Positions 24,617 through 37,682 of a DNA stretch of 64,000 nucleotides are shown here, piece after piece. Under the pieces are notes generated by a model. The model ran no database searches, was not told the origin of the DNA, and was given only the letters and a program-made list of their open reading frames with translations. Each line of letters starts with the position of its first letter. Within the stretch, counting starts at the first letter, position 1. Both the position numbers and the translations under genes were made by a program. The stretch lies in assembly GCF_009914755.1 (NCBI RefSeq), contig NC_060940.1; one strand, 5' to 3'. This DNA is from the human T2T-CHM13v2.0 reference genome, Homo sapiens.

Positions 24617-25174
24617 TTTTTATTATTATTATTATATTACTTTAAATTCTGGGATACATGTGCTGAACGTTCAGGTTTGTTACATAGGTGTACATGTGCC
24701 ATGGTGGTTTGCTGCACCTATCAACCCATCGTCTAGATTTTAAGCCCCACATGCATTAGATATTTGTCCTAATACTGTCCCTCCCCTTGCCCCCCACCTC
24801 CCAATAGGCCCCAGTGTGTGATATTCCCATCCCTGTGTCCATGTGTTCTCATTATTCAACTCCTATTTATGAGTGAGAACATGTGGTGTTTGGTTTTCTG
24901 TTCCTGTGTTATTTTGCTGAGGATGATGGTTTCCAGCTTCATCCATGTCTCTGCCAAGGACATAAACTCATTCTTTTTTATGGCTGCATAGTATTTCATG
25001 GTGCATATGTGCCACATTTTCTTTATCCAGGCTATAATTGATGGGCATTTGGGTTGGTTCCAAGTCTTTGCTATTGTAAATAATGCTGCAATAAACATAT
25101 GTGTGCTTGTGTCTTTATAGTAGAATTATTTATAACCCTTTGGGTATATGCCCAGTAATGGGACTGCTGGGTCA
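24617..25174 (-). mobile_element. 5'-truncated L1PA 3' end
   Basis: ORF2 C-terminus MFIAALFTIAKTWNQPKCPS plus 3'UTR and an (ATT)n tail; partial flanking repeat gcaccca. Confidence 0.9.
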
Positions 25175-25827
25175 GCACCCATTTTTGTTCAGACACAACA
25201 CAATAGCATGACACCTAACATTTGTGCATGCCGTGCACATGGACAAGTACTGTTCAGAGTACCCGGCATCTATTAACTCATTTAATCCCGAGAACAACCC
25301 TGCAAAGTTGGCATCTTGCTATATCTATTATACAGATAAGGAAACCAAGGAACAGATAAATCAATGATATGTCCAAAGCCATAAAACTGGTAAGTGTCAC
25401 AGGCATGATTTGAGTGCCAGTGTTCTGGCTCCTTGGTCAAGCTGCTGTATTGCCTCCTGTCCATCCCCAGCTCTAGGGGCAAGTCTTGATTTGTTTAATC
25501 TGAGCAGTGCATGGCATTTTCTTGCGAATTGTTACTGGTTCAGGGTGGACACATGACCTAGGATAGGTCATAAAGATGAAAGGACTGGAGCTTGCAAGTG
25601 GGAACACAGAAGTTCAGTTCTCCTCATTGTCACGTCATATGGGTAATGCATGCCAACACTGGTGATAACAGAGTAGAAAAATGGAAGAAAAGTCCAAGGC
25701 GTTGCTGACATCATTGACCACTGAATCAACTAGCCCTGGAATCTGCCCTAGTTCTGAACAATACGTGTGATACCAAAAAATGTGTTATCCTATTGCTTAA
25801 GCTAAGCTAGTTTGTTTTTACTAATTA

Positions 25828-26141
25828 TTGTTTTGTTGTTTTTTTTTTTTTTGAGATGGAGTCTCGCTCTGTTGCCCAGCCTGGAGTGCAGTGGTGCATC
25901 TCTGCTCACTGCAAGCTACGCCTTGCAGGTTCACGCCATTCTCCTGTCTCAGCCTCCCGCTTAGCTGGGACTACAGGCGCCCACCACCATACCTGGCTAA
26001 TTTTTTGTATTTTTTTTTTTTTTAGTGGAGATGGGGTTTCACTGTGTTAGCCAGGATGGCCTCAATCTCCTGAGCTCATGATCTGCTCGCCTCAGCCTCC
26101 CAAAGTGCTGGAATTACAGGCAGGAGCCACCACGCCCGGCT
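25828..26141 (-). mobile_element. Alu (Y/Sc-like)
   Basis: Full antisense dimer containing actgcaagct...ttcacgccattctcctg. Confidence 0.92.
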
Positions 26142-26659
26142 GTTTTTATGACTTATTTCTAAAAGCATTTAAACTGACACAGATGGGTCTTACAGGCCTA
26201 TCCGAGAATACATTGTTCGAATGCCAGAAAGAACATTTCAGAGAGTTACAAAACCCTAGATCAGATTCAGGATGCACTGCAGAGTCTAACTTTTAAGTCT
26301 TTAGGGAGAGGGCATCCATGTTGCGGGTCCTCAAGCCACTTGGTTGATCCTGTTGTTTCTTATTTTGGCTGGTTTGTGTGCATATGTGTGTGTGTACATG
26401 TGTGTACACACACGTTCATAGACACAATGGTGCTCTTTAAAAGGGATGGAGCAAAGAAAAGATGGGGATTGGGGGATCCGCCTGAGGTACCTATTGGTAA
26501 ATGTACGCATCGTTTCTATTGGGTTCCTATTGGTAACTCTAGTCAAGGATGAGTAACTTACCTGGAATCCTACAACTAGCAAGTGTCAGACCCGGGATGA
26601 CAAAAGCAGGTATGTGGCTCCAGAGGCTATGCAGTTAGCCACTACACCTCCTTGGTGGA

Positions 26660-27060
26660 AGCAGAGACTGAGCTAGGTTGAGGTACATGATTTATTGAGG
26701 ATGTGCGTTCAGTAGGAAAAAAGCTACTAAGAAGAAGAGGTCAGGGCAGGAGCTAAGCAAGGATGTGGCCTCTGCTGTAGTCTAGTTCTAGCTCAATCTT
26801 AGCAAAAGCTCTGGAGTAAGAATTGCATCAAATAATTGGTCCAGCTGGGAGAGGACTCTTACCCCGAAGTAGTCCTGTGTTAAACAGTCAGTCAACAGGC
26901 TACATTCTGGGCAGGGGGGTGCTGTGACCTCCTTGGCAAGTGGCTCTAGCTGGCCAAGAAGAGGTAACATGGAGCCCTTAGCAGTCAGCACAGCAACTGG
27001 GGGATGAATGGAATGGCCTGGAACAGAGGATTTGGATGCAGCACCAACACAGTCCACTAG
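26660..27060. mobile_element. MLT/MaLR-like LTR fragment
   Basis: ggaagcagagactgag...gattttattgagga...gcagcaccaacacagtccacta. Confidence 0.4.
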
Positions 27061-27846
27061 AGCTTCCATAAATATACACAATTTCCTTTGTCTGGAAGCC
27101 CCTTATCCAACTTTCCACTCACACGCGCAGTCTCATACATCTGCTTTATGACTCTTATCTTCCACAGTCCTGTGAGCTCTTGGAGGATAGGGGCTGTATA
27201 TTATTTCTCTTAACATCAGCATCCCAGAACTGCCTACTCTCTGTGTCTCTCCCCTGGCCAGGCACCCAGCAGATGCCTGGCATGGAATAGAGGCTTCAAT
27301 AAATGTTTGTGGGATGCATGAATGGAGAAATGAATGGATTTCATGAATCCACACGCTGCTAATTTGGAATTTGTGATACTTTGGAGACAGGATATTTATT
27401 GAGTAAAAGATTGGAAAAAATACTCTAACTTGGGCTTTTACTACTTCTGTAGTTCATTACTAAGGAATGCAAGCCTCTAGTCCTCCTTCCCCCAACCCAT
27501 AACTTTCCACATTTTATAATATGTAGAATAATTACAACTCAAGAAACTGCATTTCTTTTAAAGTTTGGCTAACCTCTGCTATTTATTTCTTCATTTCTTT
27601 TAAAGGTTGGCTAACCTCTGCTATAATTAGACCTCTTAGTTAAGTTAGAACAAATTTCTTCACTATCCTGTCCTTGATTCTAGAGAAGATCACAACACTT
27701 GGTTAATAAGAATTTCACTTTTAGTGTCATACTTGAGGATGAATTGTAGAACACGATTGGAAAATAACTTGGTTCTTTCAAAATGCAAGAAGAAAAAAGC
27801 AAAAACAGTCAGTGATTGAACTTGTCTCCCATTGGACGATGGCTTT

Positions 27847-28030
27847 AGTGTTTCTCAAAGAGTCATCCCTGGGCAGCAGCAGCATCGCCACCCAACTTGT
27901 TAGAAATGTACACTGTCAGGCCTTACCCTAGACCCACTGAATCAGGAATTCTGAAAGAGGGCCCAGGAAACTGTGTTCTAGCAAGCCCTCCAAATGATTC
28001 TGATGCTGTCCAAGCTTGAGAGCCACCGGC
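27847..28030. mobile_element. MER5A-like fossil
   Basis: agtgtttctcaaag...cttgttagaaatg...actgaatcagga...caagccctccaaatgattctgatgc. Confidence 0.7.
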
Positions 28031-30368
28031 CTAAGAGTTGAGTCAAGCACACCTCATGTGGATTCCTATCAGCCTCTTTGCAGCCTATGAATAATCTCCT
28101 TAACACTCACTCCCTCTATTTGTAAAATGTGGAAAAAAATGGTGTTGCTATGTGAATTTATGAGTCTATATATGTCAAGCTCTCAATACGGCTAGGCACA
28201 GATTGCTTCCTCTGTCATTCCTATGATTATGGCTGTATGGAAGAGAAACAGAGAATAGGGTAAATCCTAGCATTTTCTCCATGATTGGCTTGGGAGGCCA
28301 GAGTAGGGGAGTGATGAGGAAGTCTGAGAATAAGAGGAGAAAGTTGGAGTCTACAATCCAGGATAGAGAAAGGAGACATTCCTGGGCATCCCAGAGAACA
28401 CATTTGTCTGACAAATGTAAACTGAGATGTACTATGAATCCTTCATGGGGCTAAGGACTAGAGATTAGATGTGAATGAGATGACCATGGTCCCCACCCCT
28501 CAGAGGGACTTACAGTGTAGTGGGTGGGGTGGAAATTGTGTTCGCTGATACCGGCATCCCATAGAAGGTTGTCATGGGTGGAGCGCCCAAGCTATTTCTT
28601 TGCAGGGAGTAGATCTATAGGTACCAATGAACAAATATCCAAGCCAGAAGGTCTCTATGGGTAGGTTGGAGTGGATGTGGAGTGGTCTGAAGGCTCCCAT
28701 GGCCTTTCCTTGCTGGGGTCTTCAGGATGACTTGATAAAAAAAATTCTCCCTCTCTCTCCCTCTCTAGTGGCACTACATACTCCTCTCCCTAATAGTTCT
28801 CCATTCCTTCATTCCAGCTGCTCCCCTAAGCCCTAGGCTCAGAGGGCCCGTTCCAAATCATCATGAATATGCTGAAATTCAGGACCTCAGAGGAGAAGGG
28901 ACACTGATAATAATGGTGATGAGAAGAACAACGGTAGCTCCTGCCCGTGGAGCGGCGCTTCCTGTAGTCCCGATGTGAGCTATGCATTTATATGTTGCAT
29001 CTTACTTACTTCTAATCACAATTCCAGCAGGTAAACAGTGCTGCTTTTTTTTTTCTGTTTCACAGATGAGAAAACAGAGGCTTCAAAAGATGATACAACT
29101 TGCCCCAGCAACACTGCCAGTGTGTAACCCCAGACAAAGTGCTGGGGGTAAAAGCCCAAGTTTATACCCAGGAAACTGAGCCCAGAGCAACACAGGGCAG
29201 GGGTTTTCTCAAAGATTCACGGCTACCAAGGAGAATAAGAAGGAGTGAAGCCGCTATCTCCTGGTGCCCCCATCCAAGAGCCCCGCAAAACACGTACTTT
29301 CGTTTACGGCAAACCAAATGCAGCAACAGTTTAGTGGCAGATGGTTAACGCCCCTTCAAAAAATAGAAAAAGATTATTAAAGCTACTGGTAACATTGCCT
29401 GAAAAGTCTTGGAATTGAAAATTCATTTTAGCCGATTTGCACAATCACCCCGGCCGTGTTTATATAGAAAACGTATGGCACACGCTTTGATTACCACGGC
29501 TAATAAATCCATGCAGCCTTCCCTCTTCTCTGCAATATAAATCCTTTTCCTCCCTGGCTATTTAATATGCAAGGCAGATTGGAACATTAGCGGTGGAAGA
29601 GGGTAAATAATCTGGTAATTGATCTGGGATTTGTGGATTTTTACCTCAAATTTCTGCATACGGTTGAAGGTCGTAAGCTATACAAACCTCTATTGATCAG
29701 AGTTCTTTGTTTAAATGGAACCTACTGTATTTATTTGTGTTGCTCTTCCAAAGTCAAACAAAAAGGGCACTGATCTAGCTAAACCCCGGCATGGCACCGT
29801 GGACATGTGGTCCATTCACTCGGTGTACAGATGTTTTCAATCTGCACACTTTGTCTTTCATATCCATGTGAGATGAAACAGCCTTCATTTAGCCCGGGAG
29901 ACACGCCAGCAAGAGAAGATACATACTTAACCCTTCACAGACACATTTCCCTGCTCCCTTTGGACACTGAGATGTGATTCTGGGGAAGCAGAGTGTTTCC
30001 CTAGAGATTCAACCTGGTGCTCTCAGTGTTGCTCTGTCCCTAGTTGCTCTGGGTATCCAGAAAATAGTAATAATAATAATAAATAATCCCTTCCACTCCC
30101 GTCTTTGCCCCCCAGCCTCTACCTCCCTATCTTTGGCAGTTCTTCAAAGCTGTAGACCTCTTGTGAAAGAGATTTAAGGTGGGGAATGGTATTCTCGGCT
30201 GTCTCTGGGCATTTCAAACAATCCTGCATAGATGATGACAGAGATTTACTAAGGGTCGGTTTGGCCAGTGCCTGGGTCCTTAGAATGCAGGCGAGTTGCT
30301 ATTACTAGGCCCCTTTCCTAGGGTGGACTTTACTCTCTCCCATTTCTGTTTCTTTAACAGCAACTTAG

Positions 30369-30562
30369 CCAGGGTTTCTCAACCTTGGCACTCTTGACAT
30401 TTGGGGGAGGATAGTTCTTTGTGGTATGTGTGTGTGCTGGGGCCAGGGGCTGACCTATGTGTTGAAGGATGTGGAGCAGCATCTCTGGCCTCTACAAACT
30501 AGACATCAGGAGCACTGCCCACCTGAGTTATGATGACCAAAACTCCCTGGGTTGAGAACCCA
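30369..30562 (+). mobile_element. MER20-like fossil
   Basis: gggtttctcaaccttggcactcttgacatttggg...ggttgagaacc. Confidence 0.65.
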
Positions 30563-32889
30563 GTTTCCCCCAGTTTAGAACCCTTGCCTTTTAGGGATTG
30601 CTTGTGGTATTATAAAGATCATGAGCTTCAGAGCAGACGGACGCCCTCCCACTCCTTGTCCGGCCTCCTGCGTGCTGCTTGACCTTGGCAACCTCTTCTC
30701 TCTATTACAGCTTCCCCATCAATGAGGTGCCTATTAGAAGTCCCAGCTTCCACGGCTGTGTGCTGTGGACCCAACACAAAGCGCTGTGGTCAGCACCTTA
30801 GCCCAAGCCTGGTTTGGAGGGGCGCCGGTGCATGTCCCTTAGCACCAGACCTGGAAATAAGTTCAAAGGGAGCACACAGGACTTGCTGAGGGAAGGCAAT
30901 GGATGCAAGAATGTGAGATCCACTCCCTTTAAGGCCTCATCAGCTTTTGAACACCCTGTGCCAATAGTAGCAGCTCTGGGTTTCTGGACGGAGCTGTGTG
31001 GCTTGGCAATTGGAATCGGGATGGATTCGCTTTTTCCTTCCACCCCGGGCTTTGTGGCCCTCCCTTCTTAGAGCTGGAGCTGAAGGCTGGCTGCTCCCAA
31101 ATGCTTATCCATTGCTCTGAGTAGTTGAATGTGTTAAATACATTGAAGTCCTTCATAAAATAGGGTTATTCTCAGCTTGGCTGACACATTCTCCTGGCTG
31201 TTACATCTTTGGAAATTACGTATCAGGACCTGGCTATAATGTGAGTGGCTTTATCTGCAGACATACTGAGGTTGAAATCTCAGCTTAGCCACTTTCTAAT
31301 TGCTGAGTGTTCTTGGGCAAGTTGATTTAACTTTGTGGGTTTGCCAATCCCCACTGGCAAATGGGTCTTGATAATGACCTCAAAATATAGCTTTGAAAAT
31401 AAATAGGGTGTCATATTGGGAGTTTCTCAGTGTGTGTGTGTGGTACATTCTTGGCATTACCAAACAATACTGCTATTATTGCTATTATTATTAATTATTA
31501 AAGTGTTCTTTACTGGTTGTCTAATTGACATAAAAATTCAAAATCACATGAAGCCTACGATTCAAACATAAGTGTTTTATGATATTCACTAGTAGATCTG
31601 TGTGATATCCAGACAGTTTTCTTTTCACTTTTCATTATAATATTTTGTGATACAGCTTCAGTCATAATGTTTGGGGAGGATTATTTCCATCTCTTTCAAA
31701 CTCTGATTTTCAAAGCTAAAAAGGTATTTCTAAACATAGCAAAATGGGACTTGTACGAAATGGAAAATAGACTCAGCAAATTAAGGCTAGGGTCTTTATC
31801 TGCAGAAGCACACAACTTAAGATCCTGGGTCTAGTGAAAGTCACCGTGACCTTTATATAAACATAGCATTTTACAGCTTACAACTTGATCTCACATACAT
31901 TTTATCACTAGATGCCCCATTTATTCGAAGGCATGAATACCCCCACCTGGTCACACTTTTCGAGTAGAAATGAGACTCTGGGGTTTTTGACACCACGTTT
32001 AGTTCTCCCTCCAGCCTGTGCATTTATCAGCCTGACGGTGGACAAGCATTTTGTCCTGGGGAGGGTAGGTCTATATTTTCTCCCTTTTTCCATGGGTCCT
32101 TAACCAAATATTTTACAGGGTGTAAGAAGAGATCATCAGCAACTGAGAGTATCTTATGGAGAAAGGAGAAATAAAATCAATAAAATCAAGACACACGCAC
32201 ACACAAACACACACACACAATTATTCTCCAAGCTTTCCTGCTTTTTTCCCATTTTTCTCCACTCCCCATGCTCCCCCGGCCCCCATCAACACTCCCCACA
32301 AATATATCATATTCCTTGTACTTTTCTTGAGTTCATGTTTACCGATTTTCACTGAATAAAACAGTTTGCCTTTGGGCCATTTGGTCTAGGAAACTTCTCT
32401 CTTGAAATATGTATTTTGAGACATATACAATTATATATGTAATCTACATGTAAGTCATGAAACTGTATATAAACAACTTGGAAAACAATGTCTCAAGAAC
32501 CATAAACCAGTATCGGTGAAACTTCTTTCCCAAGTCCTTTCTCTTTTCCTCATCAAGTTAAACTACCTTAAACTTTATGTTTACCATTCTCTGGCTTTTC
32601 TTAAAAGTTGTATTTTTCAGGTAGATATCACTGAACTGTAGGTGTATGTGTGTGGCTTGTTTTTAACTTGGTAAAAATGTCACCATATCTTATATTATCT
32701 GGCATCACTCAATTTTTCCTCTCTGCATTAGATTTCTAGGTTTAATTCATGTTGGTGCATGTACCTGTATGTGGTTCATTTATTTTCCCTGCTAGGTACT
32801 GTTCTATTCCATTTATTCATTGTCCTGTTGTTAGATATAGGGGCCATTTCTAGTTGCCTGGTTTTCGTGTATTTGTTTGTTTTCAAATA

Positions 32890-32969
32890 TTAGCGTGGTC
32901 CAAACATAATGGCGGTTTTTGCCATTGAAAGTAACAGCAAAAACCACCATTATATTTGCACCAACTTAA
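32890..32969. mobile_element. MADE1 (Hsmar1-derived 80-bp palindromic MITE)
   Basis: ttagcgtggtccaaacataatggcggtttttgccattgaaagtaacagcaaaaaccaccattatatttgcaccaacttaa, flanked by TA on both sides. Confidence 0.88.
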
Positions 32970-33447
32970 TACAACTATATGATATTCTTGTACATGTTTT
33001 TCAACAGATGTGAATAAGAGTTTTTCTACAGTACATATCTAGGAGTTGAACTGAAGACGGGTCGAGCGACCGTAGATCTACTCCCATGACAAACCTTCTG
33101 ATTTTTAAAATATTTTTATTAGTTTGCTCCAAAGAAGACACCTTGTTTCTTTTTGCTGAGTGCTTTTTTTTCTCCCCAAAGTGCGAGTTTCCACTTCCTG
33201 ACTTCCCCCAAAACGGCTATTCAGCCAGGGTTCCCTCTCTTCTTCGTTTGCACACACTGCTGTAGTTTTAGAAGAAGCCCTTTGGTTTGAATCCTGGCTC
33301 TGCCATTTACCAGTAATGACTTTGGACAAATCCTGTGTCTCTTGTTTGACTCACAGGGTTGCATTGAGGATCTTGCTCTTTTAGAGTTGAAAGTAGGAGA
33401 AAGTTCTCTTCATTTTTTTCCCAAACGTCAACCTACTCTACCTCTCC

Positions 33448-33450
<3 letters not shown>

Positions 33451-33480
<30 letters not shown>
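33451..33480. repeat. (CA)n microsatellite
   Basis: Direct observation. Confidence 0.95.
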
Positions 33481-33482
<2 letters not shown>

Positions 33483-34120
33483 TTCAATAAAAGCTGGTTG
33501 TGATTTAGGATTTATCATGAATCACGAGCAAATTGAGGTTGGTACATGCGGCAGTAGCATCTTAAATCTTAAACCCCCTTTCATTTTTTAGTGGAATGGA
33601 CAAATTATACCTGTTTTAAAATGCGGTGGAAAGTCAACTATTTTTCTCAATCCAGAAAGAATCTTGAGCCCTGCCTCAAGGCAGGAGGAGACAGGCTGAA
33701 ACCATCTATGGTGCTTTTTGTTCTGTGACATATCAAGGCTTCCTGTAGGGCTCCCGGGAGCCCTGCTCTCCAGGGTGGGAGGAACTTGGCTAGCTTCTGT
33801 CTTGGATCTCCACATTTAGCATATCATACTCTGACCCAAAGCCTCAGCCCCTTCATCTGTCAAATGGACATTACAGCAGGTAACTATTAAAAACACAACA
33901 GTCATTGCAACTAATTACAGCTTTTACTCCTGTTTTGGAGATCCAAGATGAAAGACACTTCGTGAAGGTGGAATATTGTGACAGGGGAAAAAAGCGATTG
34001 ATTAAACAATCTTACGCATAATCAAACACAAAGTGTTCTTCAGTTGCTGAGAGGGTGGTTGGTCCTAGGTGTTATTATGTCTTGGAGGCCCCAAGATCTA
34101 TTTCACATGTACCAAAGATG

Positions 34121-34284
34121 TTAGAACCCAAAGATCTATTTCACATGTACACCACATCCTATAGTTTAAGTAAAACCATCCCACACTCTTACTTTCCAAA
34201 CTCAGTGAAAACCTATCCAGTCAATTCGCATAATATAGTAGCAGGTAACGTTACTAATAGAAATATAAAGTATCCATTTGAAGC
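34121..34284 (+). repeat. Dispersed direct repeat, copy 1 (pairs with 56272-56435)
   Basis: 150/164 identical, ungapped (manual alignment). Confidence 0.92.
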
Positions 34285-36936
34285 CTGGAGGCCACCTCTG
34301 TGTGCTGAGGTTCAAGAGCATCTTTCATCTCTCCTTACTCAACTCATCACACCCAAGGTTCTCTGAGCTCACCCCCTGCTCTGTAAAATGAGGACAATAC
34401 CAGCACCTAGCCCACAGGCCTTTTGTAGGAGAGCATTGTGAGTTCATCAGCAGGCCTCCTGGAAAGTGGGTTGAAGGCCTTGATTTGCACCCTGGCTCTT
34501 ACTTATGAGCTTGCGGTTCTGAGAAACCTGCCTCATTCCTCCTACTCTCATTGTCTCATCCTCTCTACTCTCATTTTCCTCACCTGTAAAATGGAATCAT
34601 AATAGTACCTAACTGTTGGAGGAGGTGCTGATGACTAAACAAGATATTACCACAATGCCTGGTATGCTTTCAGTTTTCTTTAAACAAAGGGTATTCTCAA
34701 TAAATGACAAGTAACTAGCACTTTCTTGGAACACAGTTCAGCAACTTGTCCAGGGCTGTCTAGGACAGCATTTTTTCTAGGGTGGAGACAGATAGTTACA
34801 ATACATATCCCTATAAATTAAACAAGCCTCTCTTTTTGTGTAAATAAAACTGGTTGAACGGATATTCTTCAAACTTGGAGGGCATGTTTAGAAGGATCTG
34901 GCTTTAAATATAGGCTAAGTAGTATGTAGGAATTCCAGGTAGTTTGTACTAAAAAAAAAATAAGCAAAATAGCTCAAACTGAGATAATAGTAGATGGTCC
35001 ATGAGGCTTATTGATTAGGAAAGAAACTGATGGTATATGAAGATAAAAGAGAGAGAGAGGAGGGAATAAAACAAACAAACAAAAAAGGCAAATGGCAGAT
35101 GTCCTTCTCCAGGGGCAGATATTGCTGTGAGAAGATCCTGCTTCTAACAGTGGCAACTCCATATGGCAGGCTGCATGGGCGGCATCCCACAATTTACTTA
35201 TTTCATGATGATTAATGATTATTCTTAGCAGCTAGTTCAAAATAAACCCATAAGAGGACCTCTAAACACCCAAATTCCTCATTTGGGTCCTGGGTTACTT
35301 ATGCTAAAAACTCAGGGAGAACAGCCCTCTGTGGAGTTGACGCAGTGAGAACCCCATCCCTCTCTTGTGGCAAATAGGACAAAATCAGAACACATGGAAA
35401 AATGACAGTGAAAATGAGGTCCACAGGTAGCGTCTCTACTCTTGAAGGAGCGCATTTGCAGTGCTCTGGAACATGGCTAATACTCCCCAGCTCCCACTTG
35501 AAGGCACACTGAGCCGAGGAAGTCCCTCTGCCTTCAACCTGCCCCATGATTCTTACAGTAGAACCATGAGGCAGGCAGTGCTAGTGCTGCTTTATTCTCC
35601 CCACTTGACAAACATGGAAACTGAGGCTTGAGGAGGCCAGGGGCCTTTCCTGGGGTCACAGGAGGACTACAGTGGCCCAATCTATGCCTTGTGACTTCAG
35701 AGGATGTTTCATTTCAGGAGTTTGGCAGTTGGACATGCCTGGAGCATTTGAGACCTGGAAGAATATGGGAATCCAGAAATGGGGGTTCAGTGGAGGGGAG
35801 GCCAAAAGGGAGCAGGGGCTCGAGTCATCTATTCTTGTGGCAAGGAGCAGGTGGCGGGATTTCCTTTCATCTCCCTTCCTCTTTCTTGCAGCTGCAGCTC
35901 TCAGACCCCAGTCATTTCTGTCTTTGAGTGATTGCTATGGGTGCTACATAGGAACAAAGAACACTTTTGAAAGAGTTTGCAAGTCTAGGGTGAGTCTCCA
36001 AGGCCAGGCCCCAGAAGCAGAGAAACAGGCCAGAACCTCAGTGCCTGGCCTTTGGTGGGCATTTGCTGGCCCATGGGGCATCAGTGCAGCAGGAAGGAGG
36101 TCGGATCTTGTCACCCGTGATGGGTGACCAGGCAGCAAGATCCCAGACAGCAGGACCCTTTCCGTGCCTTGCTTTGTATCCGCACCGAGGAGCTGCGTTG
36201 CTTGACAGTTAGTACGTGCATTTCCTTTTCTCCACAGCTGTCAAATCAAATTGATTTTCAGTCATTCTAATCTGGGTAGGATCAGCAAACCAGATCCCCT
36301 AGGTGAAAAGCTAGTTTATCAAAGAAATCATTTATCCAATTCTTCTGCGATACGAACGGAATCTTTGAGTGGCTTTCAGAAAATGAATAACCAATTTCAA
36401 AGGGTGTTCATAACAATAATAATAATTACCTTTTATGAAGCATCTTTGCTGTGTTTCTTTATATCCCTTTTCTATTTCTCCAGTAATCCTTTGAGGTAGA
36501 TAATAGCTCAATTCGGGAGTACTTACTTCTTGTGCATTCTCTCGTGACATCCTAACAACTCCACGTTGTATGTATTATGATCCCAATTATTTAGCAAATG
36601 AAATGGAAGCTCCAACAATCACATGTAACTTGCCCAAAGTCACACAGGCAATGACAGAGCTGGAGTTCTGACTCAGCAACCAGTGTCTCCAAACCCAAAC
36701 TCTTCCTGCCTGCCCCTTCCACCAATCACAGCTCTCCTGCTGCCTAAGTCCTTTCTGCCTCATCACCCTACCATATTTGCCTTTGAATTCTGACTCAGGA
36801 CTTGGGGTAGCAGGCATAATCTGCGCTCTCTTTTGAAACAGAGACATTGTAAAGGTATTGAGAGAAAGAAGAACGAACTAACGCCTCCCCCCACGGCAAC
36901 CCCACAGTAAACAATAAAGTTTATATCATCCATTCT

Positions 36937-37214
36937 ATTTTTTTTTTCTTTTGTCACCCAGGCTGGAGTGCAGTGGCATACTCATGGCTCACTGCAGTCT
37001 TGCCTCCTGGGCTGAAATGATCCATCCGCCTCAGCCTACCAAGCAGCTGGGACTACAGACATGTGCGACCATGCCCTGCTAATTATTGTATTTTTTATAG
37101 AGATGGGGTCTTGCCATGTTGCTCAGGCTGGTCTTGAACTCATGACTTCAAGTGATCCTCCTGCTTTGGCCTCCTAAACTGTTGGGATTACAAGCATGAG
37201 CCACTGCAGCTGGC
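36937..37214 (-). mobile_element. AluJ-like
   Basis: Diverged antisense Alu; degenerate TSD tatatcatccattct / tatgtcagccattct. Confidence 0.85.
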
Positions 37215-37469
37215 TATGTCAGCCATTCTTCAGTCCAGTTCTGCAAATTGTAGCCTGGTGCCCTCGGCTGGATCATTACTATCTGGCAGGCACAGTTTCT
37301 GCATCGGTGCAGAGAGAAGCTGCATAGATAGAAATGAAAATAGAAATTTTATTCCCTAGATAGTTGTCAGTGTTAAACAGGATAATGCATGTGCGTGGCT
37401 AGCCTAGACCCCTGGGATGCAGTTGGACCTCAATTAATGTTTCTGTAGCATTCAATTCACCAAGAGGCT

Positions 37470-37682
37470 TGTTTTCAGCTGAGGCCTGAGTTTGCACCCA
37501 GGAGACACTGGGCCATGCATGGAGACATTTTTGTTTGTCACCCCATTTTTGTTTGCCAAGTGTTTTTGGCATCTAGTGGGTCGAGGCCAGGGGTGCTGCT
37601 CAATATCCTACAATGCATGAGACGGACCCCACCACGAATAATTATGTAGCCCCAAATAGCAGCAGTGCCAAGGTTGAGAAAT
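37470..37682 (-). mobile_element. MER20-like fossil
   Basis: ggcatctagtgggtcgaggccagggg...agtgccaaggttgagaaa. Confidence 0.65.

Noticed and set aside
34055-34366. Similar peptides in ORFs 34055-34366 and 56242-56502 suggesting paralogous genes
   Set aside because: The similarity is confined to the 164-bp DNA duplication, with no recognisable domain or consistent exon structure.
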